A stretch of DNA of 64,000 bases from Candidatus Poribacteria bacterium (GCA_963665235.2 CAXXLX010000001.1:2048001-2112000), one strand, 5' to 3'; positions 49,494 to 58,629 are shown, counted from the stretch's first letter. Made by a program: numbers and translations. Notes: a model not told the origin generated them from the sequence alone.

Positions 49494-50477
49494 TCAGAGA
49501 TAGTTGATGGGTGTTCCGATTTTGCCGATGACCCCGCCGCTGGCGACCATCGGATAGATCGAGTGCGCCCAGAAAATGCCCTCCACCGGAGCACGTATGA
49601 CTTCAACGACATTCCCAAACACGTCACAGATTTCCGCTATCGGTTGGCGAGATTCAAGCCGTTCATACAGTGCCGCTTTGTAGTAGATAAAGCCGCCTTT
49701 ATTGCTGATAAGCGGTACGAATCGGTGGACGACAATTTGCTTATCAGGAATTTCAGGCGTACCCTCAATAAACTGGTACTGTTTTAGCACATTAAGAACG
49801 CCTTGAACCCCTTTGTTGATGCTGGTTGTGTCCCAGCCATGTGTTCCGCCGAGTTCCGGGTCAATTGTCGGTATCCCAATATCTGGAGCGGCCTGTGCCA
49901 GTTGTCCTTTCGGTCCCTTTTGATTGAGGATATAACCGATGCCGAAGGTGCGTGCCAATGCAAGGCATGCCTTGTGGCATTGATGTTTTTCTGAGACTCG
50001 AACGCGCACCTCATCAATCATCGGATGAACGCCACCTTGATGCAGGTCAATGCAGTAGTCAGCATTCGATATAACTTTTTGAAAGAGCTGGTACGCAATC
50101 CGTTCGCTTGATGTTCCATCGGATCTTCCGGGAAAGCAGCGGTTCATCTTAACGTTATCAACTGGACTAAACGCCTGTTTTGCGTGAAAGGCGTGAAAGT
50201 TGACAATCGGTACCACGATGAGACTGCCGCGTAATTGTGAGGGAACAATCTCTCGAAGGATTTGATGAATAACAGCGATGCCGTTTAGTTCGTCGCCATC
50301 GCTAATAGCTTGTATATAGAGCGTTTTGCCCGGGTGTTGTCCGTTGATAAGAACGACTGGCACCCGAATTGCGGTACCATCAGGCAAAGTGCCCATCGCT
50401 AAATGGCCTTCTACCCGTGTGTCCGGTTCCGCTGTCAAATCGCCTATGACTAATTTTTTAGAGTTCGTCTTGTGCAT
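49494..50477 (-). CDS. Succinylglutamate desuccinylase/aspartoacylase family (M14) protein
   Basis: DGDELNG, MNRCFPG, IDLH and PELGG motifs; C-terminal biotinyl-like hairpin. Confidence 0.85.
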   Translation of the reverse strand: MHKTNSKKLVIGDLTAEPDTRVEGHLAMGTLPDGTAIRVPVVLINGQHPGKTLYIQAISDGDELNGIAVIHQILREIVPSQLRGSLIVVPIVNFHAFHAKQAFSPVDNVKMNRCFPGRSDGTSSERIAYQLFQKVISNADYCIDLHQGGVHPMIDEVRVRVSEKHQCHKACLALARTFGIGYILNQKGPKGQLAQAAPDIGIPTIDPELGGTHGWDTTSINKGVQGVLNVLKQYQFIEGTPEIPDKQIVVHRFVPLISNKGGFIYYKAALYERLESRQPIAEICDVFGNVVEVIRAPVEGIFWAHSIYPMVASGGVIGKIGTPINYL

Positions 50478-50559
50478 TATATTGGTTATCAGGTTTGGTT
50501 ACTGGTTATTTATATCGGGCGAGTTGTCGGAAAGAGAAACCCGACACCTTCTATTTAAT

Positions 50560-50699
50560 CAGGACTTACGCAAATTTAGCAGAAACCTCAGTATTCGGGC
50601 AAACGGTTTCCCGCTCTTCTGGGCGGGGTTTCCCCGCCCGCTAGGTCTCGTCTAGATCCCACTATCATTAGGGTTTATCAACGCGCTGCGTAAGTCCTG
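50560..50699. mobile_element. MITE family B
   Basis: Perfect 13-bp TIR CAGGACTTACGCA/TGCGTAAGTCCTG with TTAAT on both sides. Confidence 0.85.
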
Positions 50700-50746
50700 T
50701 TAATGTATCAGAATTTGTGAAAAGTGTCAAGTCGAAAATCTACATT

Positions 50747-51326
50747 GGATGTGTAAAGTTTTTGTACAAAACCGGTGCATAAGTTACACTTTTGACACAA
50801 AGTGTAACATTTGGTTTTCGGTTCTGAATACCCACAAACGCACGCCACGTCTATCTTTTCAAGCAGTTTGTACCTACCTTGGACGATTTCGAAAAAAGTG
50901 AAATGTCACACTTTCGCTATCGAGGGATAAGCAGGTGAGTTGCAAAACGCACCGCTTTCCTCCGAAAAAGGGTTTGGTGTGCTGTTATGTTATACCATTT
51001 CTAATTGAAAATGTCTTTTTCTTGTAGCATAAACTTCCAGTTTGTGCCGTTCTCCGTTTCATTTCTAACAACTGGTAATGGTAGAATAATTAATAAAAAT
51101 GGTATTAGTTGCTAAATGTTTGATTTTTCTTCAGAAAAAATAGGGTGTTGTTTTGGTTGAAGTATTACCCCTCTTAAGAAACGCACCCGTTTTTTCTCTA
51201 GCTTGTCTAAACATGTCGTAGCGATTGGCAATCAGAAATATACTAGCGGGGCGGTCTCGGTTTCTATAGACATATCGCCCATACTGGGCTAATACTGAAC
51301 AACTTGTACAAAAATTTTACGCACTC
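50747..51326. mobile_element. Non-autonomous element with IS256-like ends, containing nested MITE A and a REP
   Basis: Imperfect TIR GGATGTGTAAAGTTTTTGTACAA / TTGTACAAAAATTTTACGCACTC. 9-bp direct repeat ATCTACATT at 50738-46 and 51327-35. Confidence 0.75.
50993..51104. mobile_element. MITE family A, copy 3 (minimal 112-bp form, single REP unit)
   Basis: Same termini as the other copies, with TTA duplication. Confidence 0.9.
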
Positions 51327-51348
51327 ATCTACATTTCTCTGGAAAAAA

Positions 51349-51377
51349 TTGACATTTTCTTGGCAACGTGATAAAAT
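51349..51377 (+). promoter_or_regulatory. Sigma70-type promoter
   Basis: TTGACA-N17-TAAAAT with extended TG. Confidence 0.7.
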
Positions 51378-51484
51378 ATTGAAAAGCGTAGGGAGAACTT
51401 TGTGTGAAAGTGTGCTTGCAAAGCACGGCACTTAAAAACACTCCCTATTAGCGTATAAAACCCTATTAGAAAGGAAATTTAATT

Positions 51485-52258
51485 ATGAAAAAAATCCTTT
51501 ATATCTTTTCCATTTTCGTTTTATCAGTCTGTGTTGTCCATCCCGTTTTCTCGCAAAACTTAAAGAGCGATGAATTTGATGGAGGCGATCAAGATATTGC
51601 GTCCTTCTGGAAAGTCAACAACGGCGATAAAAGCGAATGGGAATTGAACGATGGAAAACTCACTGTCAAGGCTGGTTTCAACCAAAACCTTTGGGCAAAC
51701 GATGATAGCACTCGGTATTATCAGGTCGTTGACCAGGATGAATTTGACATTGAAACCTCAATGATTGCTGATTACGCGGATGGCTCCATAGTTGCGGGAC
51801 TGATCGTCTATTCCGCAGGAACAAAGGATAGTAGAGGCCGCGATGGTGAATGGGTAACCTTGAAGTTATGGGGCCGTGGGGCAGCCCAAGGCAACAATGC
51901 CGTGCTACAGTATCAACGCCGCGAAAATGATGCCGCAAATCTCGGATACGTCGGCACACAGCCAGGCTACAACCCCGCACAAGGTGTCATTCCGATTGAA
52001 ATGCGCCTCAAACGTCAAGGCAACGACTATGAAGCATGGTTCAAGCCGAACGCAGAAGGCGATTGGGTCTCCGTTAGTAAAGTCACAAGCGAACTCAAAG
52101 AACCGCTTGAAGTCGGTATCTATGCCGGCGTTGCCGATGGCGGGCCTCCGGGCAGACTCTCTGTTACGTTTGACTACTTCCGTGAGGCTTCTACACCAGC
52201 ACCCGTAGACCCGCGGGACCGACTCACTGTCACGTGGGGTGAACTTAAAAATTGGTAA
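51485..52258 (+). CDS. Secreted DUF1349/ConA-like jelly-roll protein
   Basis: Signal peptide, SDEFDG, LKRQGNDYEAW and VGIYAG motifs. Tail PVDPRDRLTVTWGELKNW. Confidence 0.72.
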   Translation: MKKILYIFSIFVLSVCVVHPVFSQNLKSDEFDGGDQDIASFWKVNNGDKSEWELNDGKLTVKAGFNQNLWANDDSTRYYQVVDQDEFDIETSMIADYADGSIVAGLIVYSAGTKDSRGRDGEWVTLKLWGRGAAQGNNAVLQYQRRENDAANLGYVGTQPGYNPAQGVIPIEMRLKRQGNDYEAWFKPNAEGDWVSVSKVTSELKEPLEVGIYAGVADGGPPGRLSVTFDYFREASTPAPVDPRDRLTVTWGELKNW

Positions 52259-52333
52259 TCGGGTATCCTATATTTTTAGAACGTAGGTGGCGGCCCTCGG
52301 GCTGCCAACTACCTTCCTAAATGGAGACACATT

Positions 52334-53122
52334 TTGAAACCGATAATTATAGTATTAGTCTTTATGAGTGTAACGATGTTTTTCGGCACGTTTTCTGTAG
52401 AGGGCGCAACCTCACTTGCCGACCCTTTTGATGGAAAAACCTTACAGAACCGGAACTGGAAATGGAAAACTTCTGACGCGAAAGGCGTTGAACCCAAAGA
52501 GTGGGATGTCGGTAAAACCAGAGACGGTTGGTTACACATCACCGGTGAACTCAACCGAAATCTTTGGCCCTCTGATACAACAAATCGCCTCTATCAGGAA
52601 CACAATGATGATTTTGATATAGAAACGCATGTCTATATGGATTACGAAGGCGGCTGCGTTGTTACAGGTTTCGCCGCATATTCCCCTACCACAAAAGACC
52701 GTCAAGGCCGAGATGGTGAATGGGTGACGGTTAAGTTCTGGGGACGAGGCGGCGACGCTATTATCCAATGGCAAAAACGACAGTTCCATGGCGGGGAAGG
52801 ACTGGTAGGACAGGTACCAGGATTTCTAGAACCGGCAGGCGAAATGGATCTCTACATACGCCTTCGCAGAACAGGCAACACCTTTACCGCCTGGTGGAAA
52901 CGTGAAGCCGGTGACGAGTGGATTCAGATTGGTGAAACCCAGCACGACTTTAATGATGACCTTGAAGTCGGAATTTATGCGGGTATCTGTGGCGGCGGCG
53001 GAAAACTCGCTGCACAATACGAATACTTTGAAGACCTCATTACACCGTTTGATGTTTCCCCACGAGCAAAACTGCCAATTGCATGGGGCGACTTGAAACG
53101 AAGGCATGATTTGACCCGCTAA
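52334..53122 (+). CDS. Secreted DUF1349/ConA-like jelly-roll protein (paralog)
   Basis: Shares GRDGEWVT.K.WGRG with the upstream gene. Tail DVSPRAKLPIAWGDLKRR. Confidence 0.72.
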   Translation: MKPIIIVLVFMSVTMFFGTFSVEGATSLADPFDGKTLQNRNWKWKTSDAKGVEPKEWDVGKTRDGWLHITGELNRNLWPSDTTNRLYQEHNDDFDIETHVYMDYEGGCVVTGFAAYSPTTKDRQGRDGEWVTVKFWGRGGDAIIQWQKRQFHGGEGLVGQVPGFLEPAGEMDLYIRLRRTGNTFTAWWKREAGDEWIQIGETQHDFNDDLEVGIYAGICGGGGKLAAQYEYFEDLITPFDVSPRAKLPIAWGDLKRRHDLTR

Positions 53123-53146
53123 TGGTCAAAAGTACTTTTGCAAAGC

Positions 53147-53188
53147 GGTAACTGACAGCACTCCCGGCTGCCAGTTACCCTACCTTTT
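53147..53188 (+). terminator. Terminator-like hairpin
   Basis: GGTAACTGACAGC...GCTGCCAGTTACC followed by a pyrimidine run. Confidence 0.5.
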
Positions 53189-53201
53189 CGGCTATTTATT
53201 T

Positions 53202-53759
53202 ATGGCGACATTTTACAGAGGTGCGGGGATTGGCACACATTGGCATATCCGAGATTCACGACAGGTAGGGTTTACGGCAAGAGCCCCGCACAATACACCG
53301 ACTACAGAAGCACTAGTAGCCCATATTGCTACAGGGACGGTTAACAGTCCGTATATTTCACTGACATCCTCCTACGCGGTGGCATGGCATTATGCAGTAT
53401 TTAGTGGTAGGAGAGAACCAACATCAGGAGACCCAGCTTACATTTACGAGCTAGAGATTGACGACTCACTTCCACATGGGCTTAATCTGCTAAATCCGGT
53501 CAAAGAAGTTGTGCATATCTTACCGCAACCTTTACGAGGGGTTGTAGACCTGGGATATATGGAACATCTTCTAGCTGGACAAACACCACAGCGACCTGAT
53601 CATATCGAAACTTCTTCACTTCTAACGGCACTTACGTTTGCACAACGGGATGCAGAAGTGCTCGCGCATGGTTACATACCTCCGTTTTGTGTGAAACACC
53701 GTTTTGAAATAGAGTTTTCTCTATCAGATTTACCCCTTGCCGAGGAGAATTTAAAATGA
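53202..53759 (+). CDS. Putative R-S-E class (cholera/pertussis-toxin-like) ADP-ribosyltransferase
   Basis: FYRG, GF, YISLTSS, YIYEL and DAEVLAHGYIP are collinear with CT-A1 LYRA/YVSTS/YIYVI/EQEVSALGGIP. No signal peptide. Confidence 0.7.
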   Translation: MATFYRGAGIGTHWHIRDSRQVGFTARAPHNTPTTEALVAHIATGTVNSPYISLTSSYAVAWHYAVFSGRREPTSGDPAYIYELEIDDSLPHGLNLLNPVKEVVHILPQPLRGVVDLGYMEHLLAGQTPQRPDHIETSSLLTALTFAQRDAEVLAHGYIPPFCVKHRFEIEFSLSDLPLAEENLK

Positions 53760-54346
53760 ACATGTTTAACATTCGTAACGTTGACCTAAATGACGTGTCA
53801 GATGGCAACTTCATTAAGTTCCTTAGGATAGAAATACCTGAGCGGAAGGGTTACGGGCCTATACCCTTTGCTAGAGTTCGCTATGCCTTGAACGGAGATA
53901 GACGTGAAGAAGAAAACGGTTTACCTATCGATCTGGGTAAAGGTATCTTTACGGCTACACTTGAGGATGAGGAACTTGGCGAAATTCCACGGGAAGAACT
54001 AGAAGATACCCTGCAAAAAGCAGCAAAAGAGATTGTTAAAATCGTCCGGAAAGAATTAGATCCGCCTGCTATTCTCAAGTGCATCTTAAAAGATTACGCG
54101 TACCTCGAATATAGTGAAAAGCACTCTAAACCGCCAGATTTTTTAAGGTGCAACGTTATCGATCCAGAAAGTTCACGCCAGGCAGCCGATATTTTCGAAA
54201 TAGCTCGTAGATTAAGGACCGCCACAGGTATAGGTTATGATGTCAATTATGGCGGTCCCTCTAGTGATGGCGATGATTTTGATAAAGTCTGGACAAGTTT
54301 CTCTTTAAGAAAACTCAATTTTGGAGAAAAATCCAGCGAAAATTAA
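53756..54346 (+). CDS. Hypothetical acidic protein translationally coupled to the ART
   Basis: ATGA overlap and RBS GAGGAG inside the upstream gene. Confidence 0.7.
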   Translation: MNMFNIRNVDLNDVSDGNFIKFLRIEIPERKGYGPIPFARVRYALNGDRREEENGLPIDLGKGIFTATLEDEELGEIPREELEDTLQKAAKEIVKIVRKELDPPAILKCILKDYAYLEYSEKHSKPPDFLRCNVIDPESSRQAADIFEIARRLRTATGIGYDVNYGGPSSDGDDFDKVWTSFSLRKLNFGEKSSEN

Positions 54347-54352
54347 AGGATT

Positions 54353-55243
54353 TTGTCTACCGTGCGATGCGCCTGTCTTCCGCTTCTGATATATCTGCTC
54401 AGCATTTGGGGAGGTTTTGTCACTGCCGAATTGGGCCCGGATGCTGAAAAAGTGTCTGCCACCATAGAATGGATTCGCATTTCGGAAGGCGAATTCCTTA
54501 TGGGCTCAACACCCAACGAAGCAGAAGCCGCTTATACAAACGCAAAATTACGCAGCTCCCTGCTAGAAAAGCATAACTTCGACGCTGAAGTGCCACAACA
54601 CCGCGTCCATCTCGCCGCCTACCAAATCTCGCGTTATGAAATCACGAATGCCCAATACCGCGCCTTCATTGCCGCAACAGACCGCCCCACCCCTCGTGGG
54701 CATCAAGGCGAGGAGACCTGGGCAGATGACACCCTTAACGCAGACGATCAGCCGGTTGTCGGGGTGACCTGGTTTGATGCACAAGCGTTTGCAGAGTGGA
54801 TTGGCGGGAGCTTGCCGACAGAAGCGCAATGGGAACGCGCTGCACGAGGGGCAGATAGGCGGATATATCCCTGGGGCAACGAACCGCCGAAAGCACGGCA
54901 CCATGCCAATTTCGCCAGACGTTACAACCGACCGATGCCTGTTGGACACTTTCCGAAAGGCGCGACACCAGATGGCATCGAAGACCTCGCCGGAAATGTC
55001 TGGGAGTGGTGTCTTGATGAATACGATCCGAGCTTCTATCAACAAAACCGCGAGGATATCAAGCGAAATCCGCTCAACCTCCGTTTTCGCGATGTTTTAC
55101 GCCCGCGCGTCATTCGCGGAGGAGCTTGGGATGTTGGCAGGACATTCCTACGTTCCGGGTTACGGTTTAAATTCTATCCGTTAGATTCAACACACACAAT
55201 TGGGTTTCGGGTAGTGCGCCCGCGTCCAAAAATAGAAAAATAA
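54353..55243 (+). CDS. FGE-sulfatase (SUMF1/PvdO-like) domain protein
   Basis: FLMGS, LPTEAQWERAARG, GNVWEW, RGGAW and IGFR motifs. Lacks the catalytic FGE cysteines. Confidence 0.88.
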   Translation: MSTVRCACLPLLIYLLSIWGGFVTAELGPDAEKVSATIEWIRISEGEFLMGSTPNEAEAAYTNAKLRSSLLEKHNFDAEVPQHRVHLAAYQISRYEITNAQYRAFIAATDRPTPRGHQGEETWADDTLNADDQPVVGVTWFDAQAFAEWIGGSLPTEAQWERAARGADRRIYPWGNEPPKARHHANFARRYNRPMPVGHFPKGATPDGIEDLAGNVWEWCLDEYDPSFYQQNREDIKRNPLNLRFRDVLRPRVIRGGAWDVGRTFLRSGLRFKFYPLDSTHTIGFRVVRPRPKIEK

Positions 55244-55263
55244 CCCCTTTTCCGCTATAAACA

Positions 55264-56907
55264 ATGGCTATTCCAACCCTGCGAACCTACTTAATCCTTT
55301 GTCTGCACCTTATATTGCCGATGCTAGCGACTGCCGCCCCCTATTTTCGGGATGTTACGGTTGAGATGGGCCTCGATTTTCGCCATGTTAACGGCTTTTC
55401 CGAAGAACGCCGCCTCGTTGAAACGATGGGCAGCGGCGGCGTACTCTTTGACTTCGATAACGACGGGGACCTAGACCTTTATCTCGTTCAAGGCAATTCC
55501 CTTTCACCTCCAGCGGGCAAAGAAAAATCCCCAAAAAACCGCCTCTATCGCAACGATGCCGGGAGCTTTGTTGACATTACCGAATCAGCAAAAGTCGGGG
55601 ACACCGGGTACGGGCTCGGTGCCGTGGCAGCCGATTACAACGGCGATGGACATAGAGACCTCTATGTGACAAATCTCGGCGCGAATGTGCTTTACCGTAA
55701 TAATGGCGATGGCACATTCACCGATGTAACCGAAAAAGCACAAGTTGGCTGCCCACTGCTGAGTGCCAGTGCCGCCTTTGCTGATATTGACAGAGATGGC
55801 GCACTCGATTTGTACGTTTGCAACTACGTCGAGTACGCGTTGGAGACAGATGTTCCGTGCTACTTCAAAAACGACCTACGCATCTATTGCGGACCGAACG
55901 AATATCACGGTATAGCCGATGTACTTTATCGAAACAACGGAGATGGCACATTCACAGATATTACAAAATCAGCAGGGGTTTATCAACCCACCACGCGTGG
56001 ACTCGGGGTTGTTTTTACAGACATAAACAACGATGGATGGGCCGATATCTACGTCGCCAACGATATGTCCCCCAATACACTTTTCATCAACCAGCAAAAC
56101 GGCACCTTTAAGGAGGAAGGCGTTGCCCGCGGGGTTGCCTATAACGGGGACGGCATTGCAAACGGCTCTATGGGAGTGGATGCTGGCGACTACGACAACG
56201 ACGGCGACATTGACCTGTGGGTGACGAACTTCTCGCTCGAAGCAAACTGTCTCATGCAAAACGACGGCACCGGCTATTTTGACGATGTGACGTTCGATTT
56301 AGGCCTCGCGAAACCTTCATTTTATCCACTCGGTTTTGGCACCCGTTTTATCGATTTTGATAACGATGGATGGCTCGATATACTCGTTGGCAATGGACAT
56401 ATCTGGGATAACGTGGCACAGATTGACGCGAAACTCCAGTATGCGCAGCCTGTGCAGCTGTTCCGTAATCACGCTGGAACATTTACAGAGATGACAACTG
56501 CTGCAGGGTTACACGAAACAGCTTATGTAGTACGCGGCATGCTGTTCGGCGATATTGATACAGATGGGGATGTTGATGTTATTTTGTGTCAATCAAACCG
56601 CCCGGCGGTTATTCTCCGCAACGAGGTTGGCACTACAAATGCGTGGGTGTCGTTGAAATTAGTTGGCGCAGATGGAAATACCGATGCTATCGGGGCACAA
56701 GTTCGGTTAAACGTAGGTGACCTAACGCTCGTACGCGAGGTTATCTGTGGGGCAAGTTATCTGTCCGGAAACGACTTACGGGTCACCTTCGGTTTGGCAA
56801 ATGCCTCGCGTGTAGATAGTCTCCAGATACGCTGGCCTGATGGAACCGTGCAGCAATTAAATGAGGTGCCGATTCGGCAATGTTTAACGTTAGAACGCGG
56901 AAAGTAG
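55264..56907 (+). CDS. CRTAC1-family FG-GAP repeat protein with ASPIC/UnbV domain
   Basis: Repeated DxDxDGxxDL and NNGDGTFTD motifs; C-terminal DAIGAQV...SYLSGND...FGL. Confidence 0.9.
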   Translation: MAIPTLRTYLILCLHLILPMLATAAPYFRDVTVEMGLDFRHVNGFSEERRLVETMGSGGVLFDFDNDGDLDLYLVQGNSLSPPAGKEKSPKNRLYRNDAGSFVDITESAKVGDTGYGLGAVAADYNGDGHRDLYVTNLGANVLYRNNGDGTFTDVTEKAQVGCPLLSASAAFADIDRDGALDLYVCNYVEYALETDVPCYFKNDLRIYCGPNEYHGIADVLYRNNGDGTFTDITKSAGVYQPTTRGLGVVFTDINNDGWADIYVANDMSPNTLFINQQNGTFKEEGVARGVAYNGDGIANGSMGVDAGDYDNDGDIDLWVTNFSLEANCLMQNDGTGYFDDVTFDLGLAKPSFYPLGFGTRFIDFDNDGWLDILVGNGHIWDNVAQIDAKLQYAQPVQLFRNHAGTFTEMTTAAGLHETAYVVRGMLFGDIDTDGDVDVILCQSNRPAVILRNEVGTTNAWVSLKLVGADGNTDAIGAQVRLNVGDLTLVREVICGASYLSGNDLRVTFGLANASRVDSLQIRWPDGTVQQLNEVPIRQCLTLERGK

Positions 56908-56924
56908 AATTTTTGCTTGCATCC

Positions 56925-58357
56925 TTAGCAGACTTTAAGGCAGCATTAGATGAGGATACCTTCCTATCTGCTGCCACGTTAGACAAGCGATTTAATCAAA
57001 GAAAAAAATCGTATGAGTGGACCTCTGATATGGATCAGGTTGTCGCGCAAAAAAGCATTTTTGTTAACTTGGCTGCTGCCATCAAGAACTGGGTAGACAA
57101 ACAGGCAAGGTTCCCGAGGTTTAAGCGGCGCGGCAAGAAAGAGAGTTTCACAACAAATAATCAATTCGTTGAAGTTCGGGGCAAATATATCAAGTTACCC
57201 AAGATTGGTTGGGTGCGAATGCATCAATCATTAAGAGCGGGCTGTTTGCCCGAATACTGTTTCGTAGGCAAAATCATAAAAGTGACCATAAGTCGCACGG
57301 CCCATCGTTGGTTCGTCTCTATAACCGTTGAAGTGGAGGACACCGAAGCAGTTGACACCTCAACGCACCCCATAATCGGTATAGATGTCGGTATCAACAC
57401 GTTGGCGACGTGCAGTGATGGGACACAATATGAGAATCCGAGACCTTTACAGTGCTTAGAACGCAAGTTAGCCCGTGCTCAACGGAAGTTAAGTCGGCAA
57501 GTGCCCTACTCCAAAAACTGGTTCAAACAGAAGTTGAAAGTTGCTAAGTTGCACTATCGGATTGTTTGTATCCGCCGGGATGCGCACCATAAAGCCAGCA
57601 CAGATATTGTCAATCGTGCGTCAGGCATTGTCATTGAGACGCTAAAAGTGTCTAACCTGCTAAAGAATAGGAAACTTGCTAAAGCGTTGAGTGATAGTGC
57701 GTTAGGCGGTTTTCTATCGTTGCTAAAGACGAAAGCCGAGGCGCGCGGTATCCTTGTAACCGAAGCCTCCCAGTTCTTTGCGAGCAGCAAGACTTGCAGC
57801 AGTTGTGGGAAACCTAAGAAAACAGACTTAACACTGTCAGAAAGAACATACCATTGCAGCGAATGTGGTGTGTCAATAGATAGAGACCTGAACGCTGCTA
57901 TAAACTTACGAAACCTCGCGGCAGGGCATGCCGAGAGCCAAAACGCCTGTGGAGTCCAAGTAATACCATTTTTATTAATTATTCTATCATTACCGGTTGT
58001 TAGCAATGAAACGGAGAACGGAAGACCCAAACTGGAAGTTTATGCTACTATAAAGTGCACAAACTGGAAGTTTATGCTACTATAAAGTGCACAAACTGGA
58101 AGTTTATGCTACTATAAAGTGCACAAACTGGAAGTTTATGCTACTATAAAGTGCACAAACTGGAAGTTTATGCTACTATAAGGCACCCAAACTGGAAGTT
58201 TATGGGACAATAAAGAGACATTTTCAATTAGAAATGGTATAAGCCCTCAATCGGAGGCACGAGAGATGGAAGCAGGAAAAGCCACTTGGAAACAACTCCG
58301 TTTGTTTCCAAGATAAGAGCTAAGAATCCCAATGCTTTAGCTTTGGGAGTATGTCAA
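56925..58357 (+). mobile_element. tnpB: IS200/IS605-family remnant: 5'-truncated tnpB with right end
   Basis: RuvC motifs IGIDVG, IVIETL and DRDLNAAINL, plus Zn ribbon. N-terminus missing. Right-end hairpin AATCCCAATGCTTTAGCTTTGGGAGTATGTCAA ends at 58357. Confidence 0.85.
57964..58239. mobile_element. MITE family A, copy 4, with 6 REP-like units (32-bp period), inserted in the tnpB 3' end
   Basis: TAA duplicated at 57961-63 and 58240-42. Linker TATAAAGT. Confidence 0.9.
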
Positions 58358-58629
58358 CTCACTTAACCCCCCGCGCCACTTACTTGAAAGACCTTAGGTT
58401 CTTCATAGACCTAGTGGTCGCCTGATGGAAAATATACGTTTACACAATATCCGGTGAGTGGAATTACAATATCGCAGTCCCACTTAACGGCGGGCCTCAT
58501 GAAGAAATCTTGGATATAGAAGATGGCAGCACCTATCTTTTCGATTGGGCCCCCTCAGCGTATGCCGTTGAACCCATGAACCGACTGACCACACTCTGGG
58601 GAGCCCTGAAAACAGGTGCCCTAAAATAG
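58358..58629 (+). pseudogene. 3' remnant of a TolB/PD40-like secreted protein with the W-G-x-L-K tail
   Basis: Frameshifted WSPDGK, then FDWAPSAYAVEPMNRLTTLWGALKTGALK-stop at 58629. Confidence 0.6.

Noticed and set aside
53130-53180. c-di-GMP-I riboswitch (GCAAAGC...GCCAGTTACC)
   Set aside because: It lacks the GAAA tetraloop/receptor architecture and is explained by a simple terminator-like hairpin.
54353-55243. Active formylglycine-generating enzyme
   Set aside because: The catalytic Cys pair after RGG is absent.
57964-58085. Novel hydrophobic C-terminal extension of TnpB
   Set aside because: It is read-through into MITE A. The native C-terminus is restored by removing the MITE.
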